Notes: generated by a model from the letters alone, not told the origin. A stretch of DNA of 64,000 nt from an uncultured Nitrospiraceae bacterium (GCA_963706325.1 CAVPLT010000002.1:96001-160000); one strand, 5' to 3'; positions 1 through 10,358 are shown, counted from the first letter of the stretch. Program-made: numbers and translations.

Positions 1-428
1 GCTGCCGCGGCGAATCTAATTCCGTCTTCCACCGGCGCCGCGATCGCGACGACCAAAGCCCTGCCGCAGTATGCGGGCAAGTTCGATGGCCTCGCCATTC
101 GCGTTCCGCTGGCGATCGGCTCCCTTGCGGATCTCGTATTTCTCACGAGCCGACGCACCACGGTTGAAGAAGTCAACGCGGTCTTACAGAAGAAGCGGAT
201 AGTGACCGCTATCGGGGCGTGCTCGGCGTGACCGATGAACCGCTTGTCTCATCGGACTTCATTCAGGATCCGCGCGCGTCGATCGTGGATCTGGAGCTGA
301 CGCAGGTGGTGGACGGCGACCTGGTTAAAGTGCTGAGCTGGTACGATAACGAGTGGGGATACACGTCTCAGATGATCAGAGAAGCCGTCAGAATCGCCAA
401 TGCGACAAAGGGGGCCGACGCACAATAG
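1..428 (+). CDS. gap: Glyceraldehyde-3-phosphate dehydrogenase, 3' part; 1-nt frameshift near 184-186
   Basis: Frame 1 reads AAAANLIPSSTGAA...GKFDGLAIRVP and frame 3 continues TEEADSDRYRGVLGVTDEPLVSSDF...KVLSWYDNEWGY, both GAPDH motifs. Adding one T to GTC TT ACA joins them. Confidence 0.9.
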
Positions 429-823
429 GATCAGAGCTCTGTAGAATCAGGGTTGCTTATCGAGTAGGTAACAGATGATCTAGTGTGGTACGCCCAGGGT
501 ACCGATTGTTGGAGTGGCCAAATCTGGATGGACATTGAAGCAATTTCGAGGGCATGTTTGCACCAGCCTGACACACGGAGAGAGGCAGACGAGACGGCCT
601 TCATCTGGCAGGTGAAGCTTCCTGAATGAAATTGAAGTGGGTTTCTGTACGAGACCCTCGGCGACAAGAGATGAGTATGAGATTCTGCTGGCTGGGTCAC
701 GGATGTCCACAGTTACGGCAGGAGCGCATCTCTTGGTGATTCAGGGCTTACCGTTGCAGACTGACGAGCGGTTCCTAGCCTGGGCGCAGGAAGGATTGAC
801 CGAAGCGCCACGACGGAACGATC

Positions 824-1030
824 CTTGCCATCTACTATCTCACGTCTATCGATTCCGTTCATGACACCGTGCAGTTCATTGAACAGGAGTGCTGTTTGGA
901 TGGTTCGTTCGAGGAGTGCATCATTGGGGTGCCTCGGTGGTGATGGTGGCAATTGTGTTGCATATGTTACCGGTGTATTTGTACGACGCCGCCAAAAAAC
1001 CGCGCGAACTGGTGTGCCTGGCGATCCCCC
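824..1030 (+). pseudogene. Cytochrome b/b6 N-terminal fragment (relic)
   Basis: LAIYY...VQFIEQ then, after a frameshift, VLFGWFVRGVHHWGASVVMVAIVLHMLPVYLYDAAKKPREL. This matches the cyt b GWxxRxxHxWxASxxxxxxxLHxxRxxxxxxxKxPRE segment. It is truncated on both sides. Confidence 0.7.
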
Positions 1031-1762
1031 ATATCAGATGTTCTTCCGCCTCAACTTGCAGGACGATGCCACACTTGGAGCATAAAAGTTTCAAGTCCTC
1101 TTCTGTGACGGGCGGGACATTGCTCCTATAAGCATTCCCGGGCGCTGAGGGCTCATCCATGAGGCCGTACATTGTCGCCAACTGATGGGCCAGGCGGTGC
1201 TGATGGCTTTGTGGCGAAGCCAGACGTGGTCATTCATTGCTGGGATCGCGGATGCCAGCTTCCTGAGCTAGAACAAACTCGTCGAACTCATGAAAATGGC
1301 TGATGCAGCGTGGAGAGGATGTTGGATGGCGCCGGCTCCTGGTCCGCCAATGATCAAGGGAGTTACCAAGCCCTTCAACTAAAGGCCCTGGCTTATAAAG
1401 CTTGGTTCGCTAGGCTCTCTCACGGATGGATGCCGATTCCTCAGTCATGGGAAGCACGGAAAGTCTTCAACCACAGTTAACGAAAACCTGAGAACGGGTA
1501 GGCCGTAGTCTGCACTCCCACATCTCTGCTGCACCTTCACCGCTTGAGTGACGCAGTAGGGCGTGGATTATGCTGTGATACGGGCGAGCCCTTCTGGGCT
1601 GGGATGTACTACATTACAATTGGGCGAGTAGCCGGACGCGGCGACGAAGTTGGAGCTCCCTTCCCTCGGCTCTTCGGAAGACCGAAAGAGTAGCGTATGT
1701 GGCGCGTACTGCCACTCAGGCGCCGCCATCGTACGTAGAAAACTCTCTAAGTACGCGAAATG

Positions 1763-1838
1763 TGGTGCCGAGGGACAGAATCGAACTGTCGACACCAGCC
1801 TTTTCAGGGCTGTGCTCTACCAACTGAGCTACCTCGGC
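1763..1838 (-). tRNA. tRNA-Phe(GAA)
   Basis: Reverse complement GCCGAGGTAGCTCAGTTGGTAGAGCACAGCC-CTGAAAA-GGCTG...GTTCGATTC...CTCGGCACCA; 76 nt with encoded CCA. Confidence 0.97.
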
Positions 1839-1911
1839 GTATGGGCAGGACTCGCGAGAGGGGTTTCTGTCTACAGGATCACAGAGGAAAAATCAACTCT
1901 TCAAGCTAGTG

Positions 1912-2002
1912 TGGCGGAGAGGGCGGGATTTGAACCCGCGACAGGCTTTTGACCTGTGCCGGTTTAGCAAACCGGTGCCTTCGGCCACTCGGCCACCTCT
2001 CC
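1912..2002 (-). tRNA. tRNA-Ser(GCT)
   Basis: Reverse complement GGAGAGGTGGCCGAGTGG...CCGGT-TTGCTAA-ACCGG, long variable arm, GGTTCAAATCC...CTCTCCGCCA. Confidence 0.97.
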
Positions 2003-2529
2003 ACAACCTTTCATTCGCAGACCGCGTGCTAGGTGTGGCGCAATATGTCAGGAGGGAATCTCCCTACTGCTTCAAGCAGAGGGGGATCATACCTCAGAGC
2101 ATAGCGTGCACTCAAGTGATTCTGGTCAATGATTCTCCCCGATTGGACGAATGGAGAGTCTTGGCGAGCGTGGTGAATGAGGGCAGATGACTGCAAACTA
2201 CCTTTTCCCGAATTCTTTAAGAATATCAAGAAAGGTGTCATGCCAATTGGCAAGGACTGCCATGCGATGCGCACGGTCTGTGGAGTGGATCACCCGCCCG
2301 CGCACTGAATTGTGTGAGGATAGAAGGCGCGGCGAGCCTACCTGGGGTTGTAAGGCGGCCATGCAGGGTGGATCGGTGGCCGCCGATCGAAGGACGCCGC
2401 TTGTCAGTAGCATACGCAGAGCGTACGATTTTTGACGAGTTCGTGCGCTGAGAGCCTTACTAGAACTTGCCATAGATCCTCGCGGCGTTGTGTGTCGGAT
2501 GAGATGTGCGCTTGAAGCATGTGGGGCGA

Positions 2530-2730
2530 CTACATCCAGAGAATGCGACCGAGCTCCTCGTCGAGTTCTTTGGCACGCTGACACTGGCTGCACCGAGCGA
2601 GGAGACCTTCGGTGCCGGGAGAAGTATGAGAACGAAGCAGCAACTGGTATTTGTGTCCTCCGCAGAAGGGGCAGGCTTTGCCATGAAGTTCTCGGCGCAC
2701 CGATCCAATTCGACCGATTTGTTTGTGCAT
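2530..2730 (-). CDS. Small zinc-ribbon protein (CPFC...CSQC)
   Basis: 66-aa ORF MHKQIGRIG... with two CxxC pairs and GGAG upstream. Confidence 0.6.
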   Translation of the reverse strand: MHKQIGRIGSVRRELHGKACPFCGGHKYQLLLRSHTSPGTEGLLARCSQCQRAKELDEELGRILWM

Positions 2731-3478
2731 GGCTTCTCCGCTGAAAGGGTGGGTTGTTTGGGAATCCACTCGCGGGTAGGTTCACCGTGTGTAGTGGTTC
2801 CCATGCCCAACCATACCGAGGCAAAGGGGTAGTGAGAATACCGTGGAGGAGGGGATGGCGCACTAACCAAAGATGGGGGGTGGGAATAGATTCAAATTCG
2901 AGAGACGAGTAGCAATAAGCAATGTTATAAACTTCAATATGTTAGTGCATATAATTCGCGCAAAAGATTAATTATTGCTATCGCAACTCCACCCGATGTC
3001 TGAGATACGTAGAGATAAGGTCTTGGGTGAAGGCAGATCCCGCCAGGAGGATGCCGGGACCTCTTGCTGCCTTGGGTGGGCACAACCAAAGCAGGCACCT
3101 TCACCCTTTCTCAGTCAACCATGCCACCAGGCGATCTCGCAAGTGCGTAGTTGTTCGGAGTCCACGTCCCCTCTGCCGAGAAGGACAGGGAGTGGAGGCG
3201 GTTCGAAATGGTCCATTGCTCCCGAAAAATCGATCTCCACTGCGGGCATCGGAGCACAGGGAGATTCCATCACATGGAAGCTGATAGCGACGCCATTCCA
3301 ATGACGACCATGCGATCCAGGCGCGAATAGACTCTGTGGGCAATTGATGGCGTATGATTCGGTTCTTCCGCTGGGGCCAGAATGTTCCTGAGGCACTTTT
3401 CAATCGTTTCCTCTGTGTCCTTCAGCCGCCCGTCATGCGTATTCGTTTCCTAGGTTCGCCCTGCCTGTGGTGCAGCCC

Positions 3479-4558
3479 CTACTTCGGTAATTTCGGGACG
3501 GTGATCTTCAGCGGTGCACCTGTGAGGGACTTTAAGAACTCTACCAAGTCGACCTTTTCTTCCGGTTGCAATCCTAACGGCTTGGTGAATTCACTGAGGT
3601 GAGGGTTTTTGCCGCCACCCTGATCAAAAAAATCGATGACTTCCTCCAGGGTTTTAAACGCGCCGTCGTGCATGTACGGAGCCGTCTCCTCAATGCTACG
3701 CAACGTGGGCGTCTTGAAGGCACCCTTGTCGCGCTCCGCTCGTGTCACCATATACCGCCCAAGGTCTTCCTTCAGCGGGCCGACCTGTGGCACTCCCAGA
3801 TTATGAAACTGATTATCGGTCAAGTTCGGACCACTATGGCAGAGAATGCAGCGCGCCTTGCCTTTGAACAGAGCCATGCCACGCACGGCCGAATCAGTCA
3901 TGGCATCGGCCGCGCCCATCACGTACCTGTCAAACGCGCTATTCTGAGACACGATCGTGCGTTCAAAGGCGGCGATCGCTTCCGCGATATGCTGCAAGCT
4001 GGCCCCGCCTCCAAACACGAGATGAAATTGCCGGCGATAGGCCGCAATTTTTGCGATTTTTGGCACGACCGTATTATGCTGCTCCGCCATCTCCACGGGA
4101 TTATGAATCGGGCCGATCGCCTGCTCTTCAAGTGAACCGGCGCGGCCATCCCAAAATTGGAGCGGTATGAACCCAGTGTTATAGACGGTTGGTGCTTGTC
4201 TACCGCCTGCCGTGCCGAACGCGCCGATCGAAACCTGGCGGGCATCGGCAAACCCCGTGCCCGGGTTGTGGCAAAACGCACAGGAGACGGTATTGTTCTT
4301 GGAGAGCCGCGTGTCGAAATAGAGCTGCTTTCCTAGCTCCACCTTTTCTGAGTAGCTCAAGTTTGTCGGTGGGGTCGGCACCTGCGTCGGCATCGGTCCA
4401 ATGTCCGGCACTGTGATGCCGTCGAGTGTGACGGTGCCGTGTGGGGCATAGTCGGACGGAGAGGCCGACGTCAGTGAACTATCAATGAGCAGGCAAACGG
4501 CCAGCAGTAGCATCGACCTACGAAAAATCGAAGGGACTAAGAGTCGCTTAATGAGCAT
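3479..4558 (-). CDS. Di-haem cytochrome c peroxidase (CCP/MauG family)
   Basis: Signal peptide, LGKQLYFDTRLS, haem motifs CAFCH and CILCH, QFWDGRA, FKTPTLR, APYMHDG; AAGGAG SD. Confidence 0.93.
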   Translation of the reverse strand: MLIKRLLVPSIFRRSMLLLAVCLLIDSSLTSASPSDYAPHGTVTLDGITVPDIGPMPTQVPTPPTNLSYSEKVELGKQLYFDTRLSKNNTVSCAFCHNPGTGFADARQVSIGAFGTAGGRQAPTVYNTGFIPLQFWDGRAGSLEEQAIGPIHNPVEMAEQHNTVVPKIAKIAAYRRQFHLVFGGGASLQHIAEAIAAFERTIVSQNSAFDRYVMGAADAMTDSAVRGMALFKGKARCILCHSGPNLTDNQFHNLGVPQVGPLKEDLGRYMVTRAERDKGAFKTPTLRSIEETAPYMHDGAFKTLEEVIDFFDQGGGKNPHLSEFTKPLGLQPEEKVDLVEFLKSLTGAPLKITVPKLPK

Positions 4559-5578
4559 GACATCTCCTTTGGTAGACTATGGGGCACCTGCCGCTCAACC
4601 GAGCAATTTGGGCGGCGCCAGGGGCGGACGAGAGCATCGACGACATCCACAACTTCACTCTATAAAGCCTGCTCGATGCTGCGAGGCATCTTTAAAAGTG
4701 GGCATTCCCTAGCATCAAACTGACCGGATTGTCTAATGATTTCACGGGCGCACAACGAGCGGAAAAACCGGTGTGCCTGATTGTTGACAGGGCGGTGCCT
4801 TAGTCATGCAAGCTCGTAATGCAATCCTGCCATTGGATTGTCCAGGGGCTTTCTGCGACGCGGGTTCCAGCTCTTTGACATTCCACTGCAGGCGCAGACC
4901 CGTGCCAACGCACACCACTCGCTTGTCATTTGAAAGTATAGGCAGCCCGCGAAGGAAAGTGCATCTCCGGCATAACCTTCGATGCGGAGCCCGCATCGTC
5001 GTCCTCATAGCAGAACACGAGACAGGCCAACATTGCGTCGCAGACGCAAGTCTCGCCGAGGTCCTGCCGGAGTGCCATAACGCGTCGAACTAGGTCACGC
5101 CCCGTCACCATCCCGACGAGTGCATAGCCGAAGTTCACCCTCCTGGCTGGAAGATTATGTGGCTTGTCCCTTCGAGCGGGCACTGCGATAGAAGCATGAA
5201 GGGTGGCACTTCAGCCGTCGGCCTCATCATTTCCTTGAGTCATGGCATTGTCCTCCGAAGGTCCGTAAAGGGCTTGAGGAGCTTGTTGAAGAGAGGTCGC
5301 TCTCTCATCGTGTGTGATGCTGACAATACGCGCCATACTACGGAGATGTCCTCGGTACCCGCACCAGGCGAAGCTCCACTAGGAGAACTCGGGAGTTGCC
5401 AGCGGGCTATTTCACACCATGCCCTGTGCTCTGCAAGTCGAATGGTAGTCCTTTGCCAGGCAGCCATAGTGTTAAGCGAAGGATCCGGGGAGGAGAACAA
5501 CGTCTCTCAGGAACTCAATAGACGTCGATCAGTCGCACGTGGATAGAGTGGAAGCACGAACACGCGCCCTGCGCGGTA

Positions 5579-5824
5579 TCATTTTCCTATGTCCCGATCG
5601 ATGTGAAACGCAATCTTCTTAGCCCCCTGTCGTAAGCCCTCTGCCCACAGCCCTTGCATCTCCCCCGTGCCATGTTGCTCTGCCACGGACTTGCAATCAT
5701 GCACCACATTACGCAATGCCGTTTCCAGCAAAGCATATTGGTCCCCCTCTTCTTGCCTGGCAAAATTTGGCTCGTGATGGAATAAGTCGGTATAGAGCCT
5801 GGTGGCTCGTTGGTAGATCATCAT
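5579..5824 (-). CDS. Hypothetical protein
   Basis: 81-aa ORF MMIYQRATRLYTDLFHHEP... with protein-like composition; no family recognised. Confidence 0.45.
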   Translation of the reverse strand: MMIYQRATRLYTDLFHHEPNFARQEEGDQYALLETALRNVVHDCKSVAEQHGTGEMQGLWAEGLRQGAKKIAFHIDRDIGK

Positions 5825-6382
5825 ACGACTATTGCCCTTTTTACTTCCGTGTGGAGGCTTAGCCCGCGTTCGATAGTGGCTGAGTAGTACAACTTCAAAA
5901 TCCATGTAATGAGCAGTCTCATGTCGGCTCCGCTGGCTGATGAAGCATTTCCCCTGTCTCTTAAAAGATAATCGTAGGAGGTTAGACACCCATTAAGGAA
6001 AGCTTAGAAGCTGCTCATGCGACCTAGGGAGCGCAGTGAATCGATGGTGCGTAACGGCACGGTTAGCAGATCGAAGGCCGGTGCGGATATGCTTGCCGCT
6101 AGATGACTCCAGGCGAGCCTGGTTACAGATATGGTTACAATTTCAGCTGAGTGTCACCGTTAAAAAAGGCGGAGGGGTACGGAGAGATTTTTGTCACGGG
6201 GAAAGGGGTTGGCCTTTGTGCATGGCAAGTCTACAGTTCCCGCTCAGATATCGCGATAAAAAGCTTCGATGATATCTCTGTGCCTTTGAGAGCCACGATC
6301 TCAACTAGGTACATCGCTAGCCGTACCTTATGTGAGAATGCGGTACAACCTCCCTAATAACTGCTTAGCAATGGAGGGGGAT

Positions 6383-6558
6383 ATGCCAGTTCGACAATTA
6401 ATGCCACTGCAAAGACCTGTGCGCATTTAGGTTGTTCGTGTGAGGTGGAAGGTGATTATCCATTCTGTAGCCCCGAATGCGCTTCCACAGCGAAGGTGAC
6501 CACTGAGGCTGTGACGTGTCCATGTCGTCACCCAGCATGTAAAACCGTCCAAGTGTAA
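6383..6558 (+). CDS. Metallothionein-like Cys/His-rich peptide; 1-nt frameshift right after the start
   Basis: GGAGG then ATG at 6383. The frame from 6391 reads STINATAKTCAHLGCSCEVEGDYPFCSPECASTAKVTTEAVTCPCRHPACKTVQV* (8 Cys, 2 His). Confidence 0.65.
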
Positions 6559-6632
6559 TTTACGGGTCCACATTCGTGAAATGGGTTGTTCACTTCAACA
6601 GCTTGGCTTGCATCGGCCTGCTTAATTGGATG

Positions 6633-7037
6633 TTACAGCAGCTTCCAATACTCTCGCATTCGCTCAACAACGGCACGGTCGTGTTCGCTCATTTTCAACT
6701 CATGTGTTTCGTCAGGGGAAAACCACCCCATTGCCTGTCCTTCTCCTAAATGGAGTGGTTGATCGTGATAGCGTTCCACAAACACATATTTCGTGTTCAG
6801 ATGCTCTCCATCTCGCACTGTCTGTGACATGAGAAAGTAGGGGTTTCGTACTTGGTAAGACAATTCCTCTAGAGCTTCTCGCTCCAGTGCTTCCCTTGGG
6901 CTCTCTTCAGCTTCGATACCTCCGCCAAAGAATGCCCAGTGATTTGGCAGAGTAAATGCGTCGTGCGTCCGATGTTGAAGGAGTATCTGCCCTGTGGAGG
7001 TATAGAGAATCAATAGAGACACATCTCGTACAGCCAT
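6633..7037 (-). CDS. NUDIX hydrolase
   Basis: Nudix box GGGIEAEESPREALEREALEELSY, preceded by ILLQHR...WAFFG. Confidence 0.9.
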   Translation of the reverse strand: MAVRDVSLLILYTSTGQILLQHRTHDAFTLPNHWAFFGGGIEAEESPREALEREALEELSYQVRNPYFLMSQTVRDGEHLNTKYVFVERYHDQPLHLGEGQAMGWFSPDETHELKMSEHDRAVVERMREYWKLL

Positions 7038-7177
7038 TCGTAACCATAACCTATAGACCGTGGGTAGGTGAGGGAAATCTCTGTTACAGTCGTCAAGCAC
7101 CTGCCTCAGCTTAACTACCTTGCTGAGAAAGGTTATTCAAGGTATGGTCCTTACGAATCGCAACCCAGGAGGTGCAC

Positions 7178-7354
7178 ATGGCATCAAACATCGCGGATCA
7201 AGCCAAGGCGAACGAGCAGGGGAGGCAGATGTACTGTGTTACTTGGCTGACAACCAAGTTCAAACTTTCAACGCAGGAAATGAACAAGCTCATCAGTGCT
7301 GATTCAGGACTGTGCCCTCAATGTGATCAATCAGGTCCATTATTTTGGCGGTGA
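7178..7354 (+). CDS. Small hypothetical protein (CPQC)
   Basis: Strong SD AGGAGGT then ATG; 58 aa. Confidence 0.4.
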   Translation: MASNIADQAKANEQGRQMYCVTWLTTKFKLSTQEMNKLISADSGLCPQCDQSGPLFWR

Positions 7355-7436
7355 CTTATCTGTGCCTAATCAGGTGGTAAACGTCGATCTTGGGGCCACT
7401 GTGTGCGTTCAACCGCACATTTCAAAGTGGTGAAAC

Positions 7437-7702
7437 ATGTTGCCAGTACTGATCCTCTGTTGGATGATCGCGCTTCCCGCGGTGAGCTTGGGGCAGGTGG
7501 ATACTTCGATGGAAATGGGCGGAGCAACGTTCTACAACTTCGGGGGCGTGTCAGGATCAAACCATCGGTGGGTAGGTTGGAGTTCTACAACTTCTGTAAG
7601 GGAACGAACGTCACACGCCAGCAAATGGGCTATACGGACTTCTACACCGCAACACGCCTGCTTTGGAAGGTACCACGCAATCCTTCGGGGAACGACATTT
7701 GA
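7437..7702 (+). pseudogene. Small exported protein, frameshifted
   Basis: Signal-like MLPVLILCWMIALPAVSLG with TFYNFG; the repeated LEFYNF continues in another frame after ~7565. Confidence 0.35.
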
Positions 7703-7711
7703 AAAGTTAAA

Positions 7712-9144
7712 TTAGTACATCCAAAACAAGAAACTGGAAAGTGCGGTTACAGTCACGGTTACAACTAGCGTGTTGAGCGAGCAAGCGGCGTCAGGTATGT
7801 ATGCATAACTGTTGAAATTTGGCGGAGGGGGCGAGATTTGAACTCGCGGATAGGTTACCCCATCTCCGGTTTTCAAGACCGGCACGTTCGGCCACTCCGT
7901 CACCCCTCCAGTAGGTTTTTCTTCTAAGTAGTCAGTAGGTCGTGCAGATGCTCTCGTGAGCCGCCTTTCGTCAGGTTGCGGCTGGGTTGCGTTTTGGACC
8001 TTTTCTTCGTGCGTTTTCTCCGTTCTCTCTTGTGGGTCATCGAGCTGATGGACGTGATGTCGATGATCCCCCTGAAAGAGGTGGGAGTATATATCGAGCG
8101 TGATGCTAATGCTACCGTGCCCGAGCTGTTGTTGGATGTATTTGGGATTGGCTCCCTGCTGAATGAGCAGCGATGCAAAGGTGTGCCGTAAGTCATGGAA
8201 GCGGACATGTCGCAATCCGGCCGCCGTCAGGCAGGCCTGAAGGCGTTGCGCACGAGTTCATTACTCATCCGTTGGTGGGTGGGCCCGATGAAGATCCAAG
8301 GCGCTAGCGGGTCCCCCTTCATGGCCGCCTCGAGGGTCCGCGTCTCCTTCAACCGCTGGAGGACCTGGGCCAGTTGCGGGGACATATCCACGCGGCGGAT
8401 CTTGTGGGTCTTGGTTGTGGTGATTTGTCGGCGCACGATCGCCCGTCGCACTTCAATGAACTGGCCGCGAAAATCGAGATCACCCCACTGCAAGCCGAGC
8501 AGTTCTCCCTGGCGCATCCCGGTTCGCACCGCACAGAGGAAAAGGGGATAGAGCAGAGGAGCCGTGTGCTGCGCCTGGTGGAGGACCGTCCGCACATCCT
8601 CGGCTGTTAAGGGGTCAATGTGAGCGTCGGTCGATTCGCGAGACCGCAGCGACCGGCCCATATTCGACACAGGGTTGGCCGTCACGATGCCATCATCAAT
8701 GGCATGCTGGTAGGCTTCTTTCAGCGGCGTCAGGATGTTGTGAATGGTCCGCTTCTTCTTGCCCTGGACGAGCCACTCGGCAATGAGCCGCTTGATATCC
8801 GTGCGAGTCACTTCATGGAGGCGTCGCGTACCGAGTTCAGGAATGATGTGATGCTCGAGCACGATGCGATAGCCTGAGGCCGTAGAGGGTTTGCAATGCG
8901 CCTCCGCATAGACCCTCAGCCAGTCTGTGAGATAGGCCGCAACTGTAGGAATCGCGCCGTCTTTCGTGGCTAAGGTGATCGCTTCTCCACTCTGTTCCGC
9001 CCATTTCAGCTTAGCCGCGAGCTTGGCGGCAAACGCCTTTGCAAGGGCTTTATCCTTCCCGAAGAATTTCGCCTTGCGCTGCCCGTTCCAGTCCGTGAGC
9101 ACATACCACCCTTTGCCTGGTCGTTCCCGTACTTTTACACCCAT
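7712..9144 (-). CDS. int: Tyrosine integrase; 1-nt frameshift near 8235; reading frame runs through att into the tRNA
   Basis: Catalytic motifs TGMRQGELLGLQWGD, TKT, RHVRFHDLRHTFASLLI and LGHGSISITLDIY. ORFs 8227-9144 and 7712-8215 join if one base is added at TTC AG GCC TGC. Confidence 0.92.
7820..7909 (-). tRNA. tRNA-Ser(TGA), intact copy at the left junction of the element
   Basis: Reverse complement GGAGGGGTGACGGAGTGGCCGAACGTG-CCGGT-CTTGAAA-ACCGG...GAGTTCAAATCTCGCCCCCTCCGCCA. Confidence 0.96.
7869..7910. repeat. att core, left copy (42 bp, 5' half of tRNA-Ser)
   Basis: gttttcaagaccggcacgttcggccactccgtcacccctcca, identical to 26477-26518. Confidence 0.95.
7972..7991 (+). promoter_or_regulatory. 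Putative integrase arm-type sites (GGTTGCG x2, 11-bp period)
   Basis: caggttgcggctgggttgcg; same motif, period and orientation as 26362-26382. Confidence 0.65.
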
Positions 9145-9149
9145 GGTGG

Positions 9150-9365
9150 TTAGTCTCCTCTCCGGCTGGGGCGGTTCGGTTGTTCGTCTCTCATAAGATC
9201 ACAGACGGTCACACCCAACGCGGTCGCTAATCGTTTCAGCGTCGATAGTGAGGGGTCAGCTTTGCCTCGTTCGACATGGGAGAGGAAGGTCTGAGACATC
9301 TTGGCCTTGAGTGCCAGGGCGTCTTGCGAGAACCCTTTTTTGAGTCGGATCGCTTTCAGCAGCAT
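9150..9365 (-). CDS. XRE-family HTH regulator
   Basis: LKAIRLKKGFSQDALALKAKMSQTFLSHVERGKADPSLSTLKRLATALGV; possible TTGACT-N17-CATGCT promoter just upstream (near-leaderless). Confidence 0.88.
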   Translation of the reverse strand: MLLKAIRLKKGFSQDALALKAKMSQTFLSHVERGKADPSLSTLKRLATALGVTVCDLMRDEQPNRPSRRGD

Positions 9366-9399
9366 ACTGTAACGAGCATGGTTAGTATGAGGGGGAAAG

Positions 9400-9651
9400 T
9401 CAAACAGAGAGTTCGGCCACGACGGAATCCACGAGTCGGTCCAGTTCGCCCGGTTGAGTGGCCACGCGAAAGCGAGTCATCCAGGCATCGAACTCATTGG
9501 TCTTCTCTAAGACTTTGCCGCCAATGCGATAGAATGGGAGGGCACAGTTCCGATCTGTCAGCCGATCGCGCAGCCATCCGACCGAGCAAGAAGAATAGAC
9601 CGCCAAGGTCTTGAGATCGAGGTAGGCGGGTGGTGGAGTGGATGGGTGCAC
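9400..9651 (-). CDS. Excisionase-like winged-HTH protein
   Basis: YLDLKTLAVYSSCSVGWLRD...LPFYRIGGKVL...EFDAWM, typical of Xis/HTH_17. Confidence 0.7.
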   Translation of the reverse strand: MHPSTPPPAYLDLKTLAVYSSCSVGWLRDRLTDRNCALPFYRIGGKVLEKTNEFDAWMTRFRVATQPGELDRLVDSVVAELSV

Positions 9652-9663
9652 GTCAGGTCTCAG

Positions 9664-9993
9664 TTAGAAGCCGGTTATATCCTTAGGCGTCTTGCGATGC
9701 TCGATGGCTGCTGGGGCATCAATGACCGTCGCCTGGCTCGCCGGACGCTTTGGGTCGCGTTGAATAATGACGTTGATCGTTGCGTCAGTGGTGTTTTTGA
9801 CCTCGACTGGAATTAATCTGCTCGCGATCTTGTAAAACTCGGTCCGATTTTTCTTGGCCCACTCCGTGAACGCCTCATGTCCGCCAGCTTCGTTGTAGGC
9901 AATCTGGACGGCATCTCGAAACGTGCCCGTTAATCTGTTGGCCACACCCACTTTGCGTCCCCCTGTCTTGGCTCGTCCCCGTTGAAATGGCAT
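9664..9993 (-). CDS. Putative terminase small subunit-like phage protein
   Basis: MPFQRGRAKTGGRKVGVANRLT...WAKKNRTEFYKIASRLIP; this KTGGRxxGxxNK-type N-terminus is common in small phage packaging-region proteins. Confidence 0.55.
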   Translation of the reverse strand: MPFQRGRAKTGGRKVGVANRLTGTFRDAVQIAYNEAGGHEAFTEWAKKNRTEFYKIASRLIPVEVKNTTDATINVIIQRDPKRPASQATVIDAPAAIEHRKTPKDITGF

Positions 9994-10009
9994 TCTTTTT
10001 CCCTCCGGT

Positions 10010-10267
10010 TCAGAACGTGCGAACCGCTGTGACGTATTTGGTATTCACGGCCGCCCATCCGTCGGGGAGGGTGAGAAACGCCCAGACCGTGCCGTCTTCC
10101 TCGTGGTGGATGGCATCAACCTCCGCTGGACCTCGCAGCTTCCCATCATTCCCTAGCCAGGTGATTTGCCGGACAGGTGCCTTTTGTTCGTGGGGCTGTT
10201 CCACACTCAGGTTCTCTTGTTGCTTCCTGGCGGCTTCGACTTGCCGGATAATGTCGAGATATCTCAT
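10010..10267 (-). CDS. Hypothetical protein
   Basis: GGAGG SD, 85 aa, co-oriented within the operon. Confidence 0.6.
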   Translation of the reverse strand: MRYLDIIRQVEAARKQQENLSVEQPHEQKAPVRQITWLGNDGKLRGPAEVDAIHHEEDGTVWAFLTLPDGWAAVNTKYVTAVRTF

Positions 10268-10289
10268 GTCCTTCCTCCCGCTTGGCTTA

Positions 10290-10358
10290 CGAATTAAACG
10301 AAAGAAACGAAATAACTGCCTTGTCGGCGGAGTTAATTCGTTAAATTCGTTTCTTTCG
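10290..10358. repeat. Inverted triplets of 9-bp iterons; putative replication origin
   Basis: CGAATTAAA CGAAAGAAA CGAAATAAC, 15-bp spacer, then the inverse triplet (rc CGAAAGAAA CGAATTTAA CGAATTAAC), at the 3' end of the helicase gene. Confidence 0.65.

Noticed and set aside
4600..5560. ORFs or ncRNA upstream of the peroxidase (also 49675-50350 and 54036-54860)
   Set aside because: Only short overlapping ORFs without motifs or SDs were found, and I could not support any riboswitch or structured RNA.
8216..8245. Programmed frameshift in the integrase
   Set aside because: There is no slippery heptamer, and the same 1-nt loss pattern occurs in unrelated genes.
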